A stretch of 64,000 nucleotides of DNA from Gammaproteobacteria bacterium (lineage in GTDB: Bacteria; Pseudomonadota; Gammaproteobacteria; Steroidobacterales; GCA-2729495). Shown here piece after piece: positions 1 through 9,004 of this stretch. Each line of letters opens with the position of its first letter. Within the stretch, counting starts at the first letter, position 1. A program made the position numbers and the translations under genes. The stretch lies in contig JAJTYX010000059.1 in assembly GCA_021462865.1 (NCBI GenBank), positions 552-64,551 of the forward strand, written 5' to 3'. The notes below the pieces were generated by a model that saw only the letters and a list, made by a program, of their open reading frames with translations, ran no database searches and was not told the origin of the DNA.

Positions 1-92
1 TGCTCGGTATGAACCTCGTCGGCCGGTTCTGAGCGGTGGGCCGACGAGCACAAACTGGTGATGCAGGACTTTTCAAGAAGGAGATTTATCCA

Positions 93-644
93 ATGAACCG
101 GTTCAAGGCTTCGTTCGCAGTCGCATTCCTGGGCTCGCTGGCGTTCGCGTCGGTCGCCGTTGCGACGTCCGTGCAGTTCGGCCGCATTACAGCAGTGCGG
201 CAGGTCGATATCGGCAATTCGGGGGCGCAGGCTGCGGGCACGCTGGTGGGCGGCACCCTCGGCGTGATGTCCGGTTCCGGGCAGTCGCGCAGCAATCGCG
301 CATTGCGCGGCATCGGCGGTGCCGCGGTCGGCAGCCGGGTCGGCGCAGCCGCAGGCTCTTCGACCGGCTTCGAGTACACGGGGCTGATCGGAAACAGGAC
401 CACGCAGATCGTCACCGACCAGGCGGGCCTGCGCGTTGGCGACTGTGTCTCCATCGAGCGCGGTACGTTCAACAACATCCGCCTGGAAGCCGACGAGCGT
501 TGCGACGGGGCGAGCGCCGGGCCGTCGGATGCGGCGATTACCAGCGCCTTTGCCTGCGATGCAGCCAAGCAGCAGATGCTCAATGCAACGACCGACGCGG
601 AATTCGAGCTGGCGGAACGTCGCATGCGGATGCTTTGCAACTGA
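93..644 (+). CDS. Glycine-zipper outer-membrane lipoprotein-like protein (SlyB / 17-kDa antigen type)
   Basis: Within ORF 36..644. ATG at 93 follows AAGGAG (77-82). Signal peptide MNRFKASFAVAFLGSLAFASVAVA. Gly/Ala/Ser zipper stretches GTLVGGTLGVMSGSG and GGAAVGSRVGAAAGS. Confidence 0.6.
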   Translation: MNRFKASFAVAFLGSLAFASVAVATSVQFGRITAVRQVDIGNSGAQAAGTLVGGTLGVMSGSGQSRSNRALRGIGGAAVGSRVGAAAGSSTGFEYTGLIGNRTTQIVTDQAGLRVGDCVSIERGTFNNIRLEADERCDGASAGPSDAAITSAFACDAAKQQMLNATTDAEFELAERRMRMLCN

Positions 645-745
645 TCGCTCCTGCAGCAGGGCTGCGCGCTCGAGCGTGGCCCTGCTGCCGGCCCGATGCG
701 GTGTGAACGACGTGACATGACCGGCGAGTGCCTCGCGCGAACGAC

Positions 746-2161
746 ATGAAGATGGTCCACGCCGCGGTAGCGGCCGCTTTTGCCCTGTTTGCGGCGGGCT
801 GTACCGTGGGCCCGGACTATGTGCGCCCGGAAGTGGACGCGCCGGCGAGCTGGCGCGTCGATTTCGAGAAGGCCGCCGATGTGGCCGATACGAAGTGGTG
901 GGAGCAGTTCGACGACCCGGCGCTCAACGGGCTGATCGAGACGGCTTTGCTCGAAAACCGCGACGTGCGCATCGCGGCTGCGCGGATCGAGCAGTTCCGC
1001 GGCGTGCTGGCCACCATCCGGGCCCAGGGCCTGCCCCAGGTCGGTTACGGTGGCGGCGTCAGCCGCACACAGGCGAGCCGCGAAGGCTTCCCGGCGATTC
1101 CGGCGCCCGTGGACCGCGAGTTCTCGCTGTACGAGGGCGCGCTGTCCGCGGCCTGGCAGGTCGATCTGTTCGGTCGCGTGCGCCGGCTCAGCGAAGCGGC
1201 GCAGGCCCAGGTCTACGCGAGCGAGCAGGGCAAGCGCGGGGTGGTGCTGTCGCTGGTGGCCGGAGTGGCCAGCAGCTACATCACGCTGCGCGCATTCGAC
1301 CGCCAGCTGGAGATTGCCGAGGCGACGGCGGTCAACTTCCAGGAGTCGCTGCGGATCTTCGAGCTGCGCTTCAAGGCCGGGATCGTTTCGCAGACTGAGG
1401 TTACCCAGGTGCGCTCGCAGTACCTGCAGGCGCGCGCGGCGATTCCGGCGATCCAGCAGCAGATTGTCGTGACGGAGAACCTCATCTCGCTGCTGATCGG
1501 TGGCAACCCGCAGCCGATTCCGCGCGGCCGGCCGATCGGTGAGTTCATCGCGCCGTCGATTCCGGCCGACCTGCCGTCCAGCCTCCTGCAGCGCCGGCCC
1601 GATATCCTGCAGGCGGAGCAGAACCTGATCGCCGCGAACGCCAGCATCGGCGCGGCCCGCGCACTCTACTACCCGGACATCTCGCTGACGGGCCTGCTCG
1701 GGTCGGTCAGCACGGAATCCAGCGAGTTCCTGACCGGTTCGGCGACGGCCTGGTCCGTAGGGGCAAAGCTGACCGGTCCGATCTTCACCTCCGGGGGCAT
1801 TCGCGGCCAGGTCCGGTCGGCCGAAGCCCAGTATCAACAGGCGCTGCTCGCGTATCAGCAGATCATCCTCAACGCATTTCGCGAGACCAACGACGCGCTC
1901 GCTGGGACCCGCAATCGCGCCGAGGAAGTCGAGCTGCAAATGCAGCGGGTCGAGGCCTTGCGCGAGTTCCTGCGGCTCTCCCAGCTCAAGTTCGAGAAGG
2001 GCGTGGCCGGCTACCTGGAGGTGCTGGTGGCCGAGAACGAGCGTTTCGCGGCGGAACTCGCCACGATCCGTCTGCTCGCCGATCGCTACATCCAGGTGGT
2101 CAACGTGTACCAGGCCATGGGTGGTGGTTGGGTGGATCTCGCCGAGTCGATGACCCAGTGA
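746..2161 (+). CDS. RND efflux outer membrane factor lipoprotein, NodT family
   Basis: ORF 728..2161. Lipobox LFAAGC followed by TVGPDY, typical of NodT/OprM-type OMFs. Length about 470 aa. Start 746 (MKMVHA) preferred; 728 is possible. Confidence 0.85.
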   Translation: MKMVHAAVAAAFALFAAGCTVGPDYVRPEVDAPASWRVDFEKAADVADTKWWEQFDDPALNGLIETALLENRDVRIAAARIEQFRGVLATIRAQGLPQVGYGGGVSRTQASREGFPAIPAPVDREFSLYEGALSAAWQVDLFGRVRRLSEAAQAQVYASEQGKRGVVLSLVAGVASSYITLRAFDRQLEIAEATAVNFQESLRIFELRFKAGIVSQTEVTQVRSQYLQARAAIPAIQQQIVVTENLISLLIGGNPQPIPRGRPIGEFIAPSIPADLPSSLLQRRPDILQAEQNLIAANASIGAARALYYPDISLTGLLGSVSTESSEFLTGSATAWSVGAKLTGPIFTSGGIRGQVRSAEAQYQQALLAYQQIILNAFRETNDALAGTRNRAEEVELQMQRVEALREFLRLSQLKFEKGVAGYLEVLVAENERFAAELATIRLLADRYIQVVNVYQAMGGGWVDLAESMTQ

Positions 2162-2292
2162 TCCGATTGTGGGGTCACGCGTAACGAACGGGTTCCTCGC
2201 GGCGGCTTGACGGGTCGAAGCGGGCAGGATATAGAGCTTGACGGGAGCGCTCGCCCATTCGGCGGGCGCCTTTGTATCTCTGGGGGATTCCG

Positions 2293-2964
2293 ATGTTCAG
2301 CAAACGTTCGACTCTGGGTCTGGCTGCCTTGCTTGCAGCTCTGGCCGTAACCGGTTGCACCAGCACCCAGCGCGGGGCGACGGAGTGGGACGGGCTGGTC
2401 CGCCAGCCGGGCACCCAGTTGCACGCGGTGTTCGTCAAACCGGATGCCGAAATTCCAGCCTATCGGAACATCCTGCTGGCACCGGCAGAGGTGCATTTCT
2501 CCCGGAACTGGGAGGCGAATCGTGGTGGACGCGCGGGGATCAATCGCCTGGACGCTGCCGACATGACGGCCATCCAGGACAACCTGGCGTCGATGCTCCA
2601 CGACATTTTCCGGGAAGAGCTGTCGGCGGGGGGCTATAACCTCGTCACCGAGCCCGGCCCGGACACGCTGATCGTCGTCCCGGCAATCGTAGACCTGTAC
2701 ATTACGGCGCCCGACACCATGACCCCCGGACGCAGCCGTACCTACACCGCGAATTCCGGCCGCATGACACTGGTGCTCGAACTGCGCGATTCGACCACGG
2801 GCGAGATCCTGGCGCGCGCCATCGACACACGCTCGGGTCGCAGCGCCGGCACGATGATGATCGCCAATCGGGTGACCAACACCGCCGATGCGCGTCGTGC
2901 CATGCGCGTCTGGGCGCAGGCGCTGCGCGGCGGTCTCGACAGCCTCCACAAGAACCCGGGCTGA
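2293..2964 (+). CDS. DUF3313-like lipoprotein
   Basis: ORF 2272..2964. Internal ATG at 2293 gives MFSKRSTLGLAALLAALAVTGC (lipobox). The family call is from memory of similar lipoproteins and is not verified. Confidence 0.5.
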   Translation: MFSKRSTLGLAALLAALAVTGCTSTQRGATEWDGLVRQPGTQLHAVFVKPDAEIPAYRNILLAPAEVHFSRNWEANRGGRAGINRLDAADMTAIQDNLASMLHDIFREELSAGGYNLVTEPGPDTLIVVPAIVDLYITAPDTMTPGRSRTYTANSGRMTLVLELRDSTTGEILARAIDTRSGRSAGTMMIANRVTNTADARRAMRVWAQALRGGLDSLHKNPG

Positions 2965-2974
2965 GCCCCACGCC

Positions 2975-4051
2975 ATGCGCGGTGACAAGCGCGCGGCGGC
3001 GCTCTGGCTCGGTGCTGTCGCGCTTTCAGGTGCGGCAGTCGCGGCGGAGCAACCGCTGGTCTGCTTTGGCAACGAGCCGTCCTGGAGCATCGATCTGACC
3101 GAGTCGGGCATCGCCCGTTTTGCCACTCCGGATGCAGAGTCACTCGTCTACCGCGGCAAAGCAACGCGCCTCGACTTCCTGCGCGAGCCCCTCTGGCGTG
3201 GCACCTCCGGCGCGGGGCGGGATCTCGTGGTCTGGATGCAGGACAAGGCGTGCAGCGATGGCATGTCGGATACCAGCCATCCGGTCACGGCGCGCGCTTC
3301 GCTGCCCGATGGACGGTTCCTCGCCGGTTGCTGCCGCCTGGCCACGGCAGCAGCGGCGTCATCCGGCAGTGTCGAAGGCGTCGAGTGGCGACTCCTGTAC
3401 CTCCCGGGCAACACGGCCGGCGGGCTCGATCAACTGTCGCGCCCGATCACGGTGCGCTTCGAGGAGGGCCGGGCGCGCGGTTTTTCCGGCTGCAACACGT
3501 TCACGGGTGGCTATCGGATCGAGGGCGATCGACTGACGCTGACGCAACTGGCCGCCACGATGATGGCCTGCCCGGGGCCGGCCATGCCGATCGAGAATAC
3601 GTTCCATAAAGCATTTTCCGGCACGATGCGTTACACGCTGGAAGGCGACCGCCTGACGCTCGTCGGCGCATCGGGCGAGACCTTCCAGTTCGAGCGGCAG
3701 CCGCCGCCCCGGCTCGCGGGTGTCGACTGGAAAGTCACCAGCTTCAACAACAACCGCCACGCCGTGGTCGGAGTGACCGGTGACACGGCGATCACGCTGT
3801 CATTCAGGGATGGCCAGGTTTCCGGCAGCGCCGGCTGCAATACCTTCCGGGCTCCGTACTCGAGCGACGGCAACCGCGTACAGATTGGTCCCGCGGTCAC
3901 GACACGGCGCGCCTGCGCGGAGCCGTTGATGACCCAGGAGCAGGAGTTTCTGGCAGCGCTGGCCTCGGCCGTCACCTGGAGCATCGACGGCAACGTGCTC
4001 GACATGCACCGCGCCGACGACGAACGGGCGATCTGGGCCGTCGCGCAGTGA
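2975..4051 (+). CDS. Secreted protein with two META (HslJ-like) domains
   Basis: ORF 2888..4051. ATG at 2975 gives a signal peptide (MRGDKRAAALWLGAVALSGAAVAAEQP). Two repeats of the META-type motif: FSGCNTFTGGYRIEGDRLTL...MACP and SAGCNTFRAPYSSDGNRVQIG...RRAC. Confidence 0.65.
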   Translation: MRGDKRAAALWLGAVALSGAAVAAEQPLVCFGNEPSWSIDLTESGIARFATPDAESLVYRGKATRLDFLREPLWRGTSGAGRDLVVWMQDKACSDGMSDTSHPVTARASLPDGRFLAGCCRLATAAAASSGSVEGVEWRLLYLPGNTAGGLDQLSRPITVRFEEGRARGFSGCNTFTGGYRIEGDRLTLTQLAATMMACPGPAMPIENTFHKAFSGTMRYTLEGDRLTLVGASGETFQFERQPPPRLAGVDWKVTSFNNNRHAVVGVTGDTAITLSFRDGQVSGSAGCNTFRAPYSSDGNRVQIGPAVTTRRACAEPLMTQEQEFLAALASAVTWSIDGNVLDMHRADDERAIWAVAQ

Positions 4052-4328
4052 CGCCCTGATCCGGAGACACCCGCCGCAAGCCACCGTATAGGCCGCTGGT
4101 GGGCGCAGCACGCCTGCCAGGCTATGCGCCCGCGCTCCGCATGCTGCTACGAGCAACTCCACATGCCGGTTGCAACGTCAACGCCAGCCGCCCTGTTGCG
4201 AACCTGTCTCAAAACGGCAGCGCGGATTTGAATCGCGGTCGGTATCGCCGAGCTGGCGATGCTGCTGTTCATACCCGTCATGAGGTGGTTGGTGGACCGG
4301 CTGCTGTTCGCCGCCACCGGCAAGCCGA

Positions 4329-5732
4329 TCACGCGCTGACCGGATCGCCCGGTTCGCGCAGGTCCGCGGCGTCCAGCCGGTACCGGTTCAGGATGAGAAT
4401 GCTGCCGAGGTGCAGCAGCGCAGGCGCCACCACGTAGGCGAGCGTGATCCAGCGCAACACCGTCTCGCTCTGCCCGGGCAGGCTGCCGTCGCTCGATTCG
4501 ACGAACCCCACCAGCGACAGGAAGCCGAGCAGGAGCGTCGCGCCCAGTGCGTTACCGACCTTGTCCACCGCGGAGTAGACCGCCGAGAGCGCGCCTTCGC
4601 GGCTGATGCCCGAGCGCAGGCGATCGTAGGCTACGGTGTCGGTCAGCACCGAGAACGACATCAGGATGAAGCCGCCGTTGAACAGGCCGATTGCGACGGC
4701 GATCAACCAGACGATCCAGAACGACCCGGCATCGACCAGGAAGTATCCCTGGATGCTCAGCGCGTACAGCGCCAGGCTCCACTTGTACACGCGCATCTTG
4801 CCGAAGCGCGCAGCGGCCCACACCAGTAACGGCATCGAGCCGATCGAGGCGATCGAGATGATGATGATCCAGATCGGGATGACGTCGAATACCCGCATGC
4901 CGAGGCCGAGCGCGTAGGCGAAGAAAAAGAACCCGCCGGCGTAGCCGATGCCGGCGCTGATGTACTGCACGATACTTGCGGCGATGAGCACGACGAACGG
5001 TTTGTTCGCCCATGCGATCCGCAGCTGTTCGCCGAGCGGCACGCTCGCCGCGCCGCGCGTTTTCGCCGGCGCCTTCGCCGTGCCGGCAAACACCCACAGG
5101 GTCGACAGGCCGATGACGCCGCCTATCGCGAGACCCATCCACCGATAGCCCTCGCGGAGCGTGCCGCCGGGCGTCTGTGCCACCCAGCCGACGATTTTCG
5201 GGGCCAGCGCACCGCCCATGATGAGGCCGACGGCGAGACAGGCGTTGCGATAGGCGAGCAGCGTGGTGCGCTCGTCCGGATCGGCGGAGATCTCCGAGGC
5301 CATCGTGAGATAGGGCACGGAGAACAGGGAGTAGCCGCTGTTGAGCGCGAGGTAGACCACGAGCATGTAGAGGAAGGTGTCGAGCTGGCGGCTCAGCGTC
5401 GGCGGGGCGAACAGCAACAGGAACGACAGCGCCGCCATGAGTCCACCGGCCAGGATGAAGGGGCGGCGCCGGCCCCAGCGGGACTGGCTGCGATCCGAGA
5501 TCACGCCCGCCAGCGGGTCGGCGACGACTGCCCAGGCCTTGGCGATCATGATGACGAGACCGGCGAGCGCAGGCTCCAGCCCGAGTACGGTGGTCATGTA
5601 GATCGGCAGGATCAGCACCGGCGTATCGCGCAGGATCTGTCCGCCGATCTGCCCGGCACCGTAGCCCATGCAGATGGATACGGGCAGGCGGTTCGGGTCG
5701 CCGCTGCGGCTCACCGGCACGGTCTCTCGCAT
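4329..5732 (-). CDS. MFS transporter, glycoside-pentoside-hexuronide (GPH):cation symporter family
   Basis: 467-aa polytopic ORF. GPH-type N-terminus (GYGAGQIGGQILRDT...) and the loop motif DRSQSRWGRRRPFILAG, typical of MelB/GPH proteins. Confidence 0.8.
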   Translation of the reverse strand: MRETVPVSRSGDPNRLPVSICMGYGAGQIGGQILRDTPVLILPIYMTTVLGLEPALAGLVIMIAKAWAVVADPLAGVISDRSQSRWGRRRPFILAGGLMAALSFLLLFAPPTLSRQLDTFLYMLVVYLALNSGYSLFSVPYLTMASEISADPDERTTLLAYRNACLAVGLIMGGALAPKIVGWVAQTPGGTLREGYRWMGLAIGGVIGLSTLWVFAGTAKAPAKTRGAASVPLGEQLRIAWANKPFVVLIAASIVQYISAGIGYAGGFFFFAYALGLGMRVFDVIPIWIIIISIASIGSMPLLVWAAARFGKMRVYKWSLALYALSIQGYFLVDAGSFWIVWLIAVAIGLFNGGFILMSFSVLTDTVAYDRLRSGISREGALSAVYSAVDKVGNALGATLLLGFLSLVGFVESSDGSLPGQSETVLRWITLAYVVAPALLHLGSILILNRYRLDAADLREPGDPVSA

Positions 5733-6085
5733 AGGTACAAATACCTACCGGCCTTATGACCGTCAGGCCTTCGCGCGCCGGGGCGGAAGGCTACATTGAT
5801 CCTGCCGGCTCCGACGGGGGCAGAGGTCGCGGTTGCCGGCCGAAGAACAACAACATGCAGGAAGGCGCCGCAAGGCCCACCGGGCGCCGTGATCGCTTCG
5901 CACGGGTGATGATCCATCATGGCATCGCGTGACTTTCCGCTGGCGCGGTGGTGCCGGGTTGCGCCCGCTACTGGTGGTTGCATGAGTCCAGCATGGTACC
6001 CGGCTCGGCAGGCGGCCGTGCGCAGTGGTGCCGGCCGGTGCGGGGTTCCGTCGTGACCGCCGGGCAGGCCGTTCATTCCTCCTCG

Positions 6086-7081
6086 ATGCTGGCTGCCCTG
6101 GCGTTCCCGACCTGTCCATGCCTGCTTGCCCACCTGGTACCGCGCAGCGACGAGTCGGGCCCGTTGCGCAGCGCGCTGAACGGGCTGGCCGCGATCGACC
6201 CCGCGCAGCTGTCGTGTTTCAAGCGTGCGGCCAGCGCCGGTGGGCAGCTTGGCTGGGGTTACTTCTTCCCCGGCCTGCTGGCGCTCAATCGCCCCGACCG
6301 CAACGCCATTCTCGTCGGTGAGGACGGCGGCTCCATGTGCGTGTTCCGCTGGACCCGGCGCGAGTCGCGCGAGCGTCTCGACGTGCTGCTCGCGCCCGTG
6401 CCGATGGAGCCAAAGGTGCTCAGTCGCTGTCTCGAGCGCGTGAACGACTTCAACGGCGACCGTTCCGCCCGCGTGCTGCGCATCGATGCCAGAGACGCGG
6501 CTGTCGCTGCTTCGGTTGCCGGTCTGCAGTTGCGTGAGCACAAGCGGCAATTTCTCTTTTCGCCGTCCGCATACGCGGATATCAGCGGCCGGAAGTTCCG
6601 CACGATCCGACGCAACGTGGCGAAGGTGGTGGAGCTTGCGGGCATCGAGGTGCAGCCGTTGCAGCCCGCGCACCTCGACGACTGCCGCGATCTGCTGGCC
6701 CGCTGGGGTGAGCATCATCGCAACGTGCACGGCACACGCGGTGGCGTCGGGGCCAGCCGGCGGGCGCTCGAGCTGGTCACGCGCGTGGGCGCTCCCGACC
6801 TCGAGGGCGAGGTGGTGCTGCTGCATGGCCGACTGGTCGCCTACGCGCTCTGGGGCGAGATTCGTCCCGGCGTAGCCGCGTTCTTCGACGCCAAGTGCGA
6901 GCGCGAACCGGCCGGCCTGGCGTTCTTTCACCGCTATCACTTCCTGTCGCGACAGCGTCAGTTCGAGGTCATCAACGACGGCTCGGACGCGGACCGTCCG
7001 GGGTTGCGGCAACTGAAGAACAGCCTGCGGCCCATCGGGTTCCACGTCGAGCACCGCGCGTATCAGGTCGCCGGCCCATGA
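6086..7081 (+). CDS. Standalone DUF2156 protein (homologous to the C-terminal aminoacyl-tRNA-dependent transferase domain of MprF/LPG synthase)
   Basis: ORF 5948..7081. Motifs GWGYFFPGLLAL, ISGRKFRTIRRNVAKVVELAGIEV and DDCRDLLARWGE resemble the LPG_synthase_C/DUF2156 pattern. No flippase/TM domain. Start uncertain: 5948 GTG, 5993 ATG or 6086 ATG. Confidence 0.6.
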   Translation: MLAALAFPTCPCLLAHLVPRSDESGPLRSALNGLAAIDPAQLSCFKRAASAGGQLGWGYFFPGLLALNRPDRNAILVGEDGGSMCVFRWTRRESRERLDVLLAPVPMEPKVLSRCLERVNDFNGDRSARVLRIDARDAAVAASVAGLQLREHKRQFLFSPSAYADISGRKFRTIRRNVAKVVELAGIEVQPLQPAHLDDCRDLLARWGEHHRNVHGTRGGVGASRRALELVTRVGAPDLEGEVVLLHGRLVAYALWGEIRPGVAAFFDAKCEREPAGLAFFHRYHFLSRQRQFEVINDGSDADRPGLRQLKNSLRPIGFHVEHRAYQVAGP

Positions 7082-7123
7082 ACCGATCGGGGCGGCGCAG
7101 ATCGGGATGAACATACGGAGTAC

Positions 7124-7810
7124 ATGGTCATGAGCAACATCGCAACCCAGAAACAAGTCCCGGACACCCGGGTGTTCGAAGCAGCTCTGCCCGACAAGCT
7201 ATTCACCCGATTGGTCGATGCGGTGCACGCCATCGGTGACGAGCGTCTCAAGAACAACTACACGACCACGTTCTGGTTCCCGCACGGCATGCAGCCGAGG
7301 AACGTCGCCGAGGAAGCCGTCGTGGAACTGGCCCGTTACGCCGATCCGCCCCCGACCTGCAGCGGCATGGAATGGTGGCTCGGCCGGCTCGCCTTCGGCG
7401 AGAAACTGCGTTATCACTTCGACCGCGACATGACCATCCGGAAGAAGGTCGGCCAGTACGTGACGCCGATCTACGGCAGCGTGATGTATCTCAACTCCTA
7501 TCCGTCGAGCCCGACCGTGATCCTCAACCAGGTGCCCTCGCCGGACGGCCGGTCGAAGGTGCCGGCGAAGGCGGAAGTCCGCGACGTCGTTGCGGCGGTC
7601 GCGAACCGCTACCTCGTGTTTCGCGGCAACATCCGCCACGGCGTGATCCCCGACACCAAGTCCGGGCATCCCGCGACGCAGGAGCTGCGGCTGACCCTGC
7701 TGGTCAATTACTGGGACCGGCGCCCGCTGCCGCCGATCTGTTTCGACTACGACGGCAAGATCTACGGCGACCTGGGCGACCCCCGGTTCTTCCGCGCCGG
7801 CAGGTCCTGA
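7124..7810 (+). CDS. Hypothetical protein, possible 2OG-Fe(II) oxygenase (double-stranded beta-helix) fold
   Basis: 228-aa ORF, 43 nt after the DUF2156 gene. Candidate HxD...H facial triad (LRYHFDRD ... FRGNIRHGV). GGAG at 7117-7120 fits the ATG at 7130 better than 7124. Function is inferred only. Confidence 0.5.
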   Translation: MVMSNIATQKQVPDTRVFEAALPDKLFTRLVDAVHAIGDERLKNNYTTTFWFPHGMQPRNVAEEAVVELARYADPPPTCSGMEWWLGRLAFGEKLRYHFDRDMTIRKKVGQYVTPIYGSVMYLNSYPSSPTVILNQVPSPDGRSKVPAKAEVRDVVAAVANRYLVFRGNIRHGVIPDTKSGHPATQELRLTLLVNYWDRRPLPPICFDYDGKIYGDLGDPRFFRAGRS

Positions 7811-7831
7811 TCGCGCGGCTCAGGTTCTGCC

Positions 7832-8776
7832 ATGCGTTACCGGCGCCTCGGCAACAGCGACCTGCTGGTTTCCGAGATCGCGCTCGGCTCCTGGCTGACC
7901 TACGGAGTCGCCGTGGACCGGGAGCGCACTGCTGCCTGCCTGCGTTGCGCCATCGACCGCGGCATCAATTTGTTCGATACGGCCAACATGTACGGCCGTG
8001 GCGCCGCGGAATCGCTGCTCGGCGAGCTGCTCGCGCCGTACCGGCGCGACAGCTACCTGCTGTCGACCAAGGTGTATTTTCCGATGTCGGCGACCGACCG
8101 CGGGTTGTCGCGGACGCAGATCCTCAAGCAGATCGACGCCTCGCTCGCGCGGCTGCGCACGGACTACGTCGATCTCTACCAGTGTCACCGCTACGACGAG
8201 GAGACCCCGCTGGAGGAGACGATGCAGGCGATGACCGAAGTGGTCGCGGCCGGCAAGGCGCGCTTCATCGGCTTCAGCCGCTGGAAGCCGTCGCAGATCA
8301 GGAACGCGTTCGCGCTGGACGGGGTGGCGCGGTTCGTGTCCAGCAGCCCGCAGTACTCGCTGCTGCGACGGCAGCCGGAGCGACGGGTTTTTCCGCTGTG
8401 CCGCAAGCTCGGCGTCGGCCAGATCGTCTGGTCGCCGCTGGCGCAGGGCGTGCTCTCCGGCAAGTATTCGGCGGCCGTCGCGCCACCCGCAGGGTCGCGT
8501 GCCGGATCGAGAGCCGCCCGGCGCCACATGCTGCGTTTCACCGGGCCGGAGATCCTCGCCGCAGTGGAGCGCCTGCGGCCGATCGCCGCCCGACTGTCGC
8601 TGACGCTGCCGCAGCTTGCGCTGGCCTGGGTGCTGCGCAACGACCACGTGAGTGCCGCGATCATCGGCGCCACTCGCCCCGGGCAGATCGAGGAGAACGT
8701 CGGCGCGGTCGGGATCAAACTGGACCACGAAACCTGCCGCGCAATCGACGCGGCGCTCGAAGGCGTAGTGGGCTGA
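7832..8776 (+). CDS. Aldo/keto reductase
   Basis: N-terminus MRYRRLGNSDLLVSEIALGSW, then NLFDTANMYG, TDYVDLYQCHRYD and IIGATRPGQIEENV. These are classic AKR (Kv-beta-like) motifs. Confidence 0.9.
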   Translation: MRYRRLGNSDLLVSEIALGSWLTYGVAVDRERTAACLRCAIDRGINLFDTANMYGRGAAESLLGELLAPYRRDSYLLSTKVYFPMSATDRGLSRTQILKQIDASLARLRTDYVDLYQCHRYDEETPLEETMQAMTEVVAAGKARFIGFSRWKPSQIRNAFALDGVARFVSSSPQYSLLRRQPERRVFPLCRKLGVGQIVWSPLAQGVLSGKYSAAVAPPAGSRAGSRAARRHMLRFTGPEILAAVERLRPIAARLSLTLPQLALAWVLRNDHVSAAIIGATRPGQIEENVGAVGIKLDHETCRAIDAALEGVVG

Positions 8777-9004
8777 CCGCGCGGGCCGCGTGGGTCCGTT
8801 CGCAACGGCCTGCGCCGGGCCGTGCGCCGGGCAGGTCCCGATAGCCGCCCGGGCCCGGCCAGATCACTGCGTGCGGGCTGTGCCGGCCCCGCCCCGGCCA
8901 CTGCGTCCGCAACCCGGTCTCGCCAATTCGCCGTGCCCGCCCGTACACTGCTCGCGGCAGGCGTCATGACTGCCGGGTGCGCGAAGCGAAGGAGGGCGCT
9001 CACA

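Noticed and set aside
5711-7156. A 481-aa minus-strand ORF overlapping the DUF2156 gene
   Set aside because: The plus-strand frame has family-like motifs and better GC3 bias. The minus-strand product is Arg/Ala/Gly-rich and featureless.
7372-8844. A 490-aa plus-strand ORF spanning two genes
   Set aside because: It is out of frame with both the 2OG-oxygenase-like ORF and the aldo-keto reductase. Its extreme Arg/Pro/Ala composition is typical of a wrong frame in GC-rich DNA.
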